Source of the DNA: Chrysochromulina tobinii
Taxonomy: Eukaryota
Length of the DNA stretch: 45,189 nt
Assembly: GCA_001275005.1 (NCBI GenBank)
Contig: JWZX01002732.1
Location: forward strand, 1 to 45,189
Direction: 5' to 3'
The notes under the pieces are model-generated. The model was not told the DNA's origin. It did no database searches and saw nothing but the letters and a program-made list of their open reading frames with translations. This document shows, piece after piece, positions 28,496 to 38,100 of this stretch. Numbering within the stretch: the stretch's first letter is position 1; each line of letters opens with the position of its first letter. A program made the position numbers and the translations under genes.

Positions 28496-30769
28496 TCACT
28501 CCACGCGCGACGCCGTCCTCTCAATCAGATTGCGCAGCGTGCTGCCACTCAAGTCTGCTGCCTTCGTCTCCTTGAAGGTGGTCCGGGTCTCGAGCTTCTT
28601 CGCCTGCTTGGTGACGATGCCGAGCTCGCGAGCGGTGGCCTCATCCCTCGTCTCCGAGAAGTGCGCCTCGTACTCCTTCAGGAACGCCTCATGCGCCTCG
28701 CGCTCGCGCTGCACGTTGAGCAGACGCTGTTTCGTCTCCTGATCGTACACCATCAGGTGCGCCTGTGCGGCCTCCTGCTTCAGGCGCTGCCGATCCATGA
28801 TCTCACGCTGCTCACCCACGAGCTGCGACTCCCACTTCTTGCGCTCGACCGCATCCTTATCCGCCTCGAGGAACTGGTTCTTGATGCGGATGCGTTTCAG
28901 CTCGGCGGCGAGCTCTGCCTCCTTCCGCAGACGCTGGGTGCGCTTCTCCTCAAGCGTCGCCTTGACCTTGAGCTGCGCGTCTGCCACTCGTTCGCGCGTC
29001 GCCTCGACGGCGGCGCGCTCGGCCGCCTTAGTCTGCTCTCGCCGCGTGGACGCCTCCACCGCCGCGCGCTCGCGCATCTCCGCGAGCCGACCCGCGCGCT
29101 GCGCGAGATCCGTTTGCTTCTCGTCCTTCTCGAGCTTGATCTTTGTGCGCCGTGCCTCCTCATCCTCAAGCTGCTGCTCCTCGACGATGAGCAGCCGCTC
29201 GCGCAGCTCGGCCAGCGACATCTCCTCGAGGAGCCCCAGCTGCGGCGTGTACGTCGGGTCGAGGCGTGCCTCGCGCTTGCGTGGCACCAGCTCGAGCGCC
29301 CGGATCTGCTTGATCAAGTCGGCTCGCCGCGCCTCCTCCTGCCGCCGCTCTGCCGCGCGCGCCGCCTCCATCTGCTCAATCTCGGAGCGCAGCACGCGCG
29401 CGTCCTTCTTGTTCTTCTGCACCACCTCCTCCTTTGCGATGAGCGGCCGGTCCCGCCTGCTCTGCACCTCAGCCACCACCGCCTTATGCCGCGCCTGCAG
29501 CTTCTCCTCGGCTGCCTGGCGCTGCTCCTCGGCCCGCGCCGCGTCGACCTTCATGGCCATCGCTGCCGCACGATTTTCCTGCTCCTTGCGCAGCCGCGCC
29601 TCCTTGGCCTCCTCGTCGGCCAAAAGGGTCTCCATGCGTCGCCGCTCGATGTTGCGCACCCTTGCCTCCTCGTCTTGTTCCTTCATCTTCTGCTGCCACG
29701 CATCGAATTCGGCCGAGTCGCGCAGCTCGCGCTCGTAGGCGCCGAGCTGCGCCGCTTCGCTCTCCTGCTTCTTGCGGTAAAGATTATCCTCGCGCAGGAT
29801 GGCCGCCTCGTTCAGACGCACCATGCCCTGGCCAGGCAGCTGCCGCGGCACTGGATGCGCCTTCTCGCCCTCAAAGTTGCACTCAGCGGCTCGCGCTTGC
29901 TCCACCTCCTCACGAACCTTTTCGAGGTTGTTAGGCCGCTCAAGCACGCGCAACTTGAAGGGCTGGATGTTGGGGTTGGAGTACTTGGCCTTCAGCCGGA
30001 TGCGATTCGCGTCCTTCTTCTTGTCGAGCTCCACGCGATCGACCAGGTCCTTCGGATCTGTATACGTGGACGTCGGCACGCCGCCAGCCTTGAAGGGCTC
30101 GATCACGTCCTCGGGCGGCGGAACAAGGCGCAGCTTGGGCTGAGTGAGGGCAAAGGGCTCCGGAGTGGTGAACTGACCACCACCACCGCGGCCCTCGGCA
30201 AGAGCCTTCGCAGCCTCCGCGGCCGCCTCCTTCTTGGCAGCTTCCGCAGCCATGCTCCCCTCGAGCACTTTTTGGAGGGCCTCAACATTGGGCACGAACA
30301 CCAACACTTTCTCGATGAGCTGCTCGTCAACAAACTTTGGCTCGTAGAGCTTCAGCCATTCTGGACGGAGCCACTCATTGAGGTTCGTCTGGTTGAAGAG
30401 GAATTTGAGTAGCACGCTCATCGCATGGTATTCTTGCGACATGACGAGTGTGCGGAAGTCAGGAAAGCCAAGCTCGTGCAGCCGCAGCAGCGCGAGGTAC
30501 GCGAATACCATGTAGAGTGTGTAGTCGCTGCGCTGTGTCTCACCACCGTGCTTGAAGTATAGCGATGAGAGGAAGATCTTGAGCATCTTCTTATACCGCA
30601 TTGTGCCGTACATAACCTGCTGCACAAAGCGCTGGTCGTCTGGGTCGCTCACGCGGTTCCGGGTGATGTACTCTTCGACATGCGAATCGACCGTCGTTTT
30701 CGACGGCTCCCACGTGCGCACGCACTCCTCGCACCTTGCGATGAGGTCGCCGGGTGATAGGATCGGCAT
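28496..30769 (-). CDS. CFAP99: Cilia- and flagella-associated protein 99
   Basis: N-terminus FVQQVMYGTMRYKKMLKIFL...SDYTLYMVFAYLALLRLHELGF..FR.LV.SQ...LLKFLF, then TTPEPFALTQPK, VRLNEAAILRED, GLLEEMSLAELRERL and a long coiled coil. ATG 30769. Confidence 0.85.
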   Translation of the reverse strand: MPILSPGDLIARCEECVRTWEPSKTTVDSHVEEYITRNRVSDPDDQRFVQQVMYGTMRYKKMLKIFLSSLYFKHGGETQRSDYTLYMVFAYLALLRLHELGFPDFRTLVMSQEYHAMSVLLKFLFNQTNLNEWLRPEWLKLYEPKFVDEQLIEKVLVFVPNVEALQKVLEGSMAAEAAKKEAAAEAAKALAEGRGGGGQFTTPEPFALTQPKLRLVPPPEDVIEPFKAGGVPTSTYTDPKDLVDRVELDKKKDANRIRLKAKYSNPNIQPFKLRVLERPNNLEKVREEVEQARAAECNFEGEKAHPVPRQLPGQGMVRLNEAAILREDNLYRKKQESEAAQLGAYERELRDSAEFDAWQQKMKEQDEEARVRNIERRRMETLLADEEAKEARLRKEQENRAAAMAMKVDAARAEEQRQAAEEKLQARHKAVVAEVQSRRDRPLIAKEEVVQKNKKDARVLRSEIEQMEAARAAERRQEEARRADLIKQIRALELVPRKREARLDPTYTPQLGLLEEMSLAELRERLLIVEEQQLEDEEARRTKIKLEKDEKQTDLAQRAGRLAEMRERAAVEASTRREQTKAAERAAVEATRERVADAQLKVKATLEEKRTQRLRKEAELAAELKRIRIKNQFLEADKDAVERKKWESQLVGEQREIMDRQRLKQEAAQAHLMVYDQETKQRLLNVQREREAHEAFLKEYEAHFSETRDEATARELGIVTKQAKKLETRTTFKETKAADLSGSTLRNLIERTASRVE

Positions 30770-31982
30770 GAATGGCCCTTCAGCGGCGGCTTGTGCCGAG
30801 AGGCGGACCACAGAGACGGAGCGGCTCCAACAGTTGCTCCTTTTCCCACAGGGTCTAAATTGTACGGGGGTCCATGAAAACCCCCCAACCAGCTCCCTGA
30901 CGGACCTGTGCTCGCCGAAAGCGTCCACAGTTCAATGTCGAATGTCAATGTCAAGGTCCATGTACCATGACATATGACAATGTGGGACCTGTACGAGTCT
31001 GAACGGAGGTGTCCCGTGTCCGTCCTCGTATTCTTTGAAGGTCGGTATGGCGTACACGATCCTCTCCCAGGCCGTGTCGCGGGGGCGGGACCCCGGGAAG
31101 CTTAAGCCGGGGAGCCAGGAGATCGCCCTGGCTAAGGTCTAGGAACAGAGACGACCGGCGTGTGTGTGTAACGATTGTGAAGGCAGAGGAGCAGCGACGA
31201 ATCCTGGCACGGTGCGTGTGTGTGTGCGCATGCCGCATCCCACACAAACGGATCACCGAGGAGTCGAACCTCGCCGCATGGCGGCGCCTCTGAAGAGAGC
31301 AAAACCACAGCGGGATACGGATATCGTGGTCCAAATGAGTCGCTCGGCGACGGCCGCAAAGCCGCACCGCCGCCTGCGAGGCGCGAGACAACGCCAGGAA
31401 CAATGGCATGGTGCCATTTCAACCCGGTCTCCGAGGGAGCATCGGGACCTGGCGTCCACATTCCTCGCAGGTGGCAGCACGGTGACGAACCGTTGGCACG
31501 CACGCTCTCGCCCGCCGCCGCGCTTTTGGTATGTGACAACCGGCAAAAGCTGGGCGAAAACCCGGTAGGACCACCGTCACGAGGGCGACCTCGTGCCTGG
31601 GTTAGGGTTGATCGGTGCCTGCTGCAAGAGCGGCCGACACCCGGGGCGAGCGAGGGTTGGCACGGTCCACGCCGAGCGCACGAAGTTTGGAGCCAAGCCC
31701 AAGGGATTTTGACTGTGAAATTGCCAATAAATTCTCCGGAACCGATCCGAACACGCCTCCGATCGGATCTATTTTAGTAAGGGACATACAAAGAATGTAT
31801 TTTTAACTACACGTGACTGAACGCTCTGCACGCGCGCTGCGCGCATGCACCGGTGACGTTCTTCCTCACCTTGACAACAGCATCTGCTTCGAGATTTCGT
31901 GCACTCGTCTCTCATGGCAATTACGCGTGCAGCGCGGTGGCACGTAGACGTATTCTCGCAAGCGAAAGCCGGAAATCAAGCC

Positions 31983-33044
31983 TCATGCGCCCAACGCGAA
32001 TGCGCTCTGGGAACTCTGGCTCACGGGCAGAGTCTTGGGACCAAACGGATTCTGAAGCTGCAAGCCCCATTGTACCTGCGAGGTCGTCGTCATCGCGCTG
32101 GTCTGCATCATCTGTGTCCCATCCGCCACGCCGTCGCCGTTGGAGTCCACCATCATCGTCTGTGTCGTGGTCGTCAACGTCTGCGTGATAGTGTGGCCCA
32201 CGACGACGGGCACGGGAGGCAGCCACAGGACCATCTCCGCGTCGCCATTGTAGTTGCGTGTGCGCACGTGCCACGTGCCGTAGAAGCCGGCGTTGCCGGG
32301 CGGACAGCCCCAGCTCTGCAGCTCTGCCGCGTGAGAGGGTAACGCCGCGAAGAGGTCGCAGCACATGAGGCGCAGCTCGACGGCATGGCCCAGGTTCTCT
32401 CTCGGATCGCCTGTGCCGGGCACGTACTGCTTCGTCAGCTTGAGCTTCGCGAGCTTATACGTGCCGCTCATGTTGAACGTGCCGACGTCATCCACCCCGT
32501 TGCCAAAGGCGTAGCCGGCGGTCTCGTCCGAGGGCGTGCACCCCATGGCCTGCGCTGGAATCGGGTGCGACCGTCCGTACTGCCAGTAGATGCCGCAGTA
32601 GTTCCCTGCAGGGGTTGAGCCGACTGGGACGCCCATCGGAGTCGTCTTGGCAAGATTTGCCGCCGCGCCCATCATAGTCTGCAGGCCCGCCCGATCGAGT
32701 CGCCGCCAGTCTGGGGGCTCGTCAGCTTTTGCAGGACCAGAGGCGCCAAGATGCGCTAAGGTGTTGCCACGAGAGCCTCGTCTAATGTAGGCACAGATAC
32801 AGATGAAGGAGCAGAAGAGGAGGATGGGAACCGCAATCGCCGCTCCAAGGTGGATTGCAGGCGGCGGCGCGGGCGGTCGCGATGGTGGGTATGGAGGGCT
32901 CGGCGGTGCTGGCGGTGAGTAAGGTGGCGAGGGCGGAGGGGGCGGGGGCGGGGGCGGGTAGTGCACGTGTGGTGTGTGTGGATGGTGGGAGTGCGGGCTG
33001 TGGCCGTGACCTCCGGCACCCTGCAAACGTCTTGTGGGCATCAT
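31983..33044 (-). CDS. Single-pass membrane protein: His/Pro-rich (SP-PPP) segment, TM helix, Gly/aromatic beta-rich domain; 5' end uncertain
   Basis: MMPTRRLQ, HSPHSHHPHTPH, PPSPP repeats, TM AAIAVPILLFCSFICICAYI followed by RR, then GIYWQYG...GNGVDDVGTFNMSG...LTKQYVPGTGDPRENLGHAVELRL...GFYGTWHV. Confidence 0.7.
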   Translation of the reverse strand: MMPTRRLQGAGGHGHSPHSHHPHTPHVHYPPPPPPPPPSPPYSPPAPPSPPYPPSRPPAPPPAIHLGAAIAVPILLFCSFICICAYIRRGSRGNTLAHLGASGPAKADEPPDWRRLDRAGLQTMMGAAANLAKTTPMGVPVGSTPAGNYCGIYWQYGRSHPIPAQAMGCTPSDETAGYAFGNGVDDVGTFNMSGTYKLAKLKLTKQYVPGTGDPRENLGHAVELRLMCCDLFAALPSHAAELQSWGCPPGNAGFYGTWHVRTRNYNGDAEMVLWLPPVPVVVGHTITQTLTTTTQTMMVDSNGDGVADGTQMMQTSAMTTTSQVQWGLQLQNPFGPKTLPVSQSSQSAFALGA

Positions 33045-33368
33045 TCTGCTCCAAAAAGACCCAGATTGAAACCCAGTGTGAATTGGCAATTCACATGTGA
33101 GAAAAGCAATCGGCTGTGAAAGACTTATCGATGGTCGAGTTAGTCTTGAGCACTTGACTGTCGTTTACTCAAGCTCAAACCAGTTCTTGACGGTGCGCGT
33201 CTGCGCGTTTTGAGGTCTCGATTCTACCGCGTGTCGTCTCAAGCGAAAACCTTGTCGAGCTCCAGCTTGGGGTCAGGAAACAGGCCTTTGCATTTCCCCA
33301 CAGAGCGGGGGGCCTGCCGAAATGCGCCCTTGATGAGGGATGTAATTGCGCCTGTTCAGGAAAAGGCA

Positions 33369-34700
33369 ATGGCGGGGCCTTTAGCCGCCCTGGCTCTGTG
33401 CATGATGCCGGACTTCTACGTCAACCGCACGCAATGGCCTGCTTCAAAGCCAGAGTTGCAGCACCGGGTAGTGCTCGTCACCAACTCATACGACCGCAAC
33501 CTAGACGGTGTCGCGCTCACGCTCAATCGACTCGTGGCGCATCTCATGCGGCGCGGGCACGAGGTGCTGGTCGTCGTGCCCACGCCAGGCCGCCGGCAGC
33601 GTATCCCCGTCATCCGCAGTCCGGGAGCCGAAATTGTGACGGTGCCGAGCGTCAGCTTCCCGCTGTGGAGCGAGTACCGCCTGACGTGGCGCCTCGGCCG
33701 TACGGCGCGCAGCCGGCTGGAGGCTTTTGCGCCGACGGTAATGCACATCGCCATCCAGGATGGGCTTGGCCACGCGGCGCAGCGCTGGGCGCGCGCACAC
33801 AAGGTGCCCGTCGTCTGCTCGCACCACACCCGCTTTGAGCGCTACCTTCACTACTACCAGCCGCTGCGACCGTTTGCCTTTCGCCTCGAGGAATGGTACT
33901 GGTGGGGTATGCGCCGCTTCCACAGCGGGTGCGAGGCGACTCTGCCGCCCTCGGAGAGCCTCGCGAGTGACCTCGAGGCGCACGGCGTGCCGCGCGTCGG
34001 CGTGTGGCATCGCGGCGTCGACCGCACTCTCTTCAACGCGGCGTCACGCTCGGAAGCGTGGCGCGAGGGCGTCGGCGACGGCGATGAGTCGACGCCGATC
34101 GTGCTGCTCGTGGCGCGGCTGCGCTGGGAGAAGGGCCTGCGCACTTTTGCAGCTGTCGTAGCCGAGCTGGGCCTGCGCGGGGTGCCTGTGCGCGTCGCTG
34201 TGGTCGGGGACGGCCCCGCGCGCGCCGAGTTTGGAAAGCTGCTCCCATCGTCTACGCGATTTTTTGGCGCGCTCACGGGTGCGGCGCTCGCGACGGCATA
34301 TGCCTCGTCAGACATCTTTCTCAACCCGTCGACCTCGGAGGGCTGGGGCGCCACCTGCCTCGAGGCCCAGGCCGCCGGGCTCCCAGTGGTGGCCACCGCC
34401 TCCTCGGGCATTGTCGAGGTCGTTGCTGAGGGTGTGGGAGGCCGGCTGCTGCCGCCCGACAATGTGAGCGCGATGGCGGAGGCTGTCGCGGCGCTCGTAG
34501 CCGACACGGCGACGCGCCGCGAGATGGGGCGCCGCGCGGCTGAGCACGCGGCCCGCTTTGATTGGGAGAGCAGCGGCGACAGGATGTTGTGCGAGTACGC
34601 GTTGGCAGCGCCGGGCGTAGCGGCCGGGCAGTGCCCGGTGAATCACACTTGTGTACACCGCTGTGATCGACGATGCACTTGTGTACACATCGATGAATAG
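33369..34700 (+). CDS. GT4-family (GT-B) glycosyltransferase, SQD2/PimB-like glycolipid synthase
   Basis: RVVLVTNSY..NLDGVALTLNRLVAHL.RRGHEVLVV, PVVCSHHTRFERY, WHRGVDRTLF, LLVARLRWEKG, VVGDGPAR, AYASSDIFLNPSTSEGWGATCLEAQAAGLPVV. Signal-like N-terminus. Confidence 0.9.
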   Translation: MAGPLAALALCMMPDFYVNRTQWPASKPELQHRVVLVTNSYDRNLDGVALTLNRLVAHLMRRGHEVLVVVPTPGRRQRIPVIRSPGAEIVTVPSVSFPLWSEYRLTWRLGRTARSRLEAFAPTVMHIAIQDGLGHAAQRWARAHKVPVVCSHHTRFERYLHYYQPLRPFAFRLEEWYWWGMRRFHSGCEATLPPSESLASDLEAHGVPRVGVWHRGVDRTLFNAASRSEAWREGVGDGDESTPIVLLVARLRWEKGLRTFAAVVAELGLRGVPVRVAVVGDGPARAEFGKLLPSSTRFFGALTGAALATAYASSDIFLNPSTSEGWGATCLEAQAAGLPVVATASSGIVEVVAEGVGGRLLPPDNVSAMAEAVAALVADTATRREMGRRAAEHAARFDWESSGDRMLCEYALAAPGVAAGQCPVNHTCVHRCDRRCTCVHIDE

Positions 34701-34869
34701 TCACGGCGGCAGCGATGCTAGCACATCTTGCTGTAGTCTACATTATAAATATGGGGTGCTTCATATCTTATCGTACTTCGCTTTTTAGTACTTGTGTTGA
34801 CCGAGGCGCGAGGGGAGCGAGCCGTCCTTTGAGACGGTGGTGGAGTGAGCGTGGAGGGACCGCGAAGAA

Positions 34870-34888
34870 ACTGAACTGAACTGAACTG
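34870..34888. repeat. (ACTGA)n pentanucleotide microsatellite, about 4 units
   Basis: actgaactgaactgaactg. Confidence 0.75.
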
Positions 34889-35199
34889 TACTTCGCTTTT
34901 TGGCATTTGGGTGCAGACCTCGAGGTCGGAGGTGCACCGGATCAACCTCGACCCCCGCCGCGCGCCGGCAAATTCCAAATACGAAATACCGAGTTGTGGA
35001 ACACACACAGACGCACGCACAGCTTTTAGGCCAATGCCTGAGCTGTCACTACCGGCACCGCGCAAACGACTCTATGTGCGGTAGACCTATGGCAGACCCA
35101 CATGCAGTAATACCGGGTAAGCAATTTCTGCGACGTTTTCTTTTTTCATCTTGCATGCCTCTCTCGACCCTCTGACCTTTCGTCGGGTTGGTCATCCGG

Positions 35200-38100
35200 T
35201 TACATCCGGTGTGTGATCTTCAGGTTGAGAGCAGCAATGTCGGGACCCTCGAACGTCGACAACCGCTTGCACAGCAAGTTATAGCCGGCGAGCACCGCCA
35301 CAACGATCGGCTCGATGAGCAGCCACTGCAAGGCCAAGGCAAGCCACCACGCCGAGATCACATCCTCTCGCACGACGCGCCCATCCATGCTCGCTGCCGC
35401 ACTCACCGAGCCGACGGCGAGCGCAAGCATCAGGAAGAAGGCGATGCCCCACACCGACGCGAAGGCGAGCGTTGTGGAGAAGAGAGGGTTGGCGCCCATC
35501 TGCTTCGCCCTCTCTCGCGCGCGGGCGGCGGCCTCCTTGCGCAGCCGGCGCATGCCGGCCGCGAACTCTGCTGCACTCACCTTGCCGTCGCCGTCCGTGT
35601 CGAGTGACGCTCGCAGCTCGGCCCGCATCGTACGCAACCGCTCGCGCCGCTCCTGGAAGGCTGACTTGGTCTGCGCCGCCATCTCGCGCCGCAGCCGGCG
35701 CATACCCGCTCTCATCTCTGACCAGCTCACCTTGCCGTCGCCGTCGGTGTCGAGCGACGCGCGCAGGTCATCCCTCATCTTCTTGAGCCTGGCGGTGCGC
35801 TCCCGCGCTTTTGCCTTGGCGGCCATGTACAACTCGGCCGCCGTCACCTTGCCGTCGCCGTCGAGGTCGAGCGACTTGTGCAGCGCGATCGCACCCGCCA
35901 TGGCGCTAGAGAGCGCCGCCTTTGTGTCGGTCGCGATCCGCGTCAGGCCGTGGGCTTGATTATACACGAGCTGTTGCCGATTCACCATCATGAACAGTCC
36001 CCTCCCGGCAAGCAGGCATGGGTAGAGGATGATGGTCGACATGAAAGCCACAGCGGTGACGAAAGGCGCGCGCTCCCTCGTTGAGGCGCCATTCGTGGTC
36101 AGCGCATGCACACGATCGCCCGCGAGCCACGAGTAGCGAAGTTGCATGCACACGATGTAGAGGAGCCCGAGCGCAGTCGTCCAGAGCAGCTGGCACGCCT
36201 GCGCACCCGTTGGCATTTTCGGACCGTCGCCAAAGAGGAAAGAAGCCACCGCGCAGTAGAGCGTGTGCTCGCGAAGCCAGCCGAGCACGATCTCACGAGC
36301 CGAGCGGTCGTCCCATGCAAGCTCCGTGACCTTGACGGGGCGGCGCGCCTTGTTGGTGAGCGTGCCGAGGCCGCCCGCCCACTTCGACCTGCTACCTGTG
36401 TCACCGCTTTGGCGGCTGCCGGTGGCTGGCAGCACAGGGGAGGGTGAGCCGCTGCTGCTGAGCCACGTCAGAATGCTGCCCTTGAAAGTCGACCACCTCG
36501 AAGGCGTGGCGATGGCAAAGTGCAGCTCCACAAGGCCATCGGCCTCGAGAAGCATCACTGCGACCTCTTGGGGGGCGGACCGTCGCACATTCTGGCCGTT
36601 GATGCTCAGGAGGCGGCTTCCAGCGTTGACGCCGATCGTGTTTGTACGCACCTCGACGCCACCCGTCGTGGCGGCCGCCAGATCCCAGCCGAGCCGCTCT
36701 CCAGCTTTGGTGGAGATCTCAAGCTTGACCTCTGGCCACGCGCGCCACGCCTCTTTGTCAGGAGTGGTCAGTTCGGGAGCTTTGCACACGATGGCCCCCT
36801 GGCGCGGGGGCGGGGCGGAGGGGTACGCGAGGGCCTTCGGGAGCACTGTCCTGCGCGCCAAGTGTCCGCGATAGCACGCCTGCACCTTGAGCGCGCTCAC
36901 GTCACGATCTCGCCCCTTGTGGCGCACCTTCTTGATGAACCGGCCTGTCCGTACTCCCTTTTCCGCGAGCGCCATGAGCTTGGCTGCATGCACGCCTTCT
37001 GGGTCCCAGAGCTCATTGATGCCCTCGTCCTCGTCCTCGTCGTCAAGGTCGTCTTCGAGCTCGTCGTCCTCGAGCTTGCCGAGCGCCTCACCTTGCGCCT
37101 CGAGCACCTCCAGCTCCGCCTTCATCGCGCGCAGCTCGCTTGGCGCCGGCGCCGCAGTTGGCGCCGACGCCCTGGCCGGCGGCAGGACCTGCGCCGCGCT
37201 CCCACCGCCCAAGACGTTGCTCAAGACGCCCATCGCATAGCCAAAGGTGCCTTGATTCGCTGCCCTGGCCTGCGTCACGTTGACCAGGCAGCCGCGTGCA
37301 AACGGCTCGAGCTGCGGGTCGTTCAGCTGGAGGATCGCCTGCAGTCGCTCGAGCCCACCCGCCTGCTGCAGCTGCTCAACGTACGCGATCTCGGTGCACA
37401 GGATCTGCACGGCGCTCAGTGCGCTAACGAGCGTCGTTTGCTCTTCAGAGAAGATGTGCGGCAGCAGCAGACCGAAGGCGCCCGCCGTCTTGAGCAGCAC
37501 CTTTGTCTTCTCAGCGTTAGGGTCGACTGCAACGGATGCGAGATTGCCCACGAGCGCGATCGCCATCTGGTGGGTCGACGGCACATGGCTACCGAGAAGC
37601 CCGGCGATGAGCTGCACGCCGCCTGCGGCGCGCAGGTACTCGCACAGTGCGATCGCCTCCTGGTCGGAGCTCTCGCTCACGAGCTGCGTAAGCTGGCGTA
37701 GCGCTGCGGCCTGGTCCTCCTCGAAGACGAATGCTCGAGTGCTGCTGCTCTCGCGAAGCGCTGTGAGCAGCGCAGGCAGCAGCGTTGCCGTGCTTGGCGA
37801 GCACTGATGCAGCGCCGCAAGCGCCTCCTCCTCCATGCGCGAGCGGCTGCCGCCGCTGCCAGGCCGGCTGGTGGAGCCGCTGCCAGGCCGGCTGGGCATC
37901 ACACGCGCAGGTGGCGAGGGCGGTGGTGACAGTACAGGGGGGAGCCCGAGCAACGTCGACGGAACGGGCGGTGGCTGGGCGTTTGCTCGTGTCGGTGGCG
38001 CAAAAGAGGCCGGCAGCGTGAATGACTCGAGACCATCCTCGGAGACGACCATCAAGGACGGCTGCTGATGTGATGCCGCTGGACCCGCTGCTGTCGCCGC

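Noticed and set aside
28049..30412. 787-aa plus-strand ORF
   Set aside because: Antisense shadow of CFAP99. Its Leu/Arg-rich composition is what the complement of GC-rich Glu/Lys/Ala codons yields, and it has no domain motifs.
11616..30769. Functional clustering of ciliary genes (CFAP161, CFAP99)
   Set aside because: They are about 16 kb apart with unrelated genes between them, and ciliary genes are numerous, so co-occurrence is expected by chance.
31600..31610. TTAGGG telomere-like hexamer
   Set aside because: Single copy, expected by chance.
30950..31850. Long intergenic stretch with a small inverted repeat (GATCCGA...TCGGATC, about 31744-31769) and several short ORFs, considered as a MITE or Helitron remnant
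   Set aside because: No terminal inverted repeats, target-site duplication or clear CTRR end could be identified by eye, and the ORFs lack protein-like composition.
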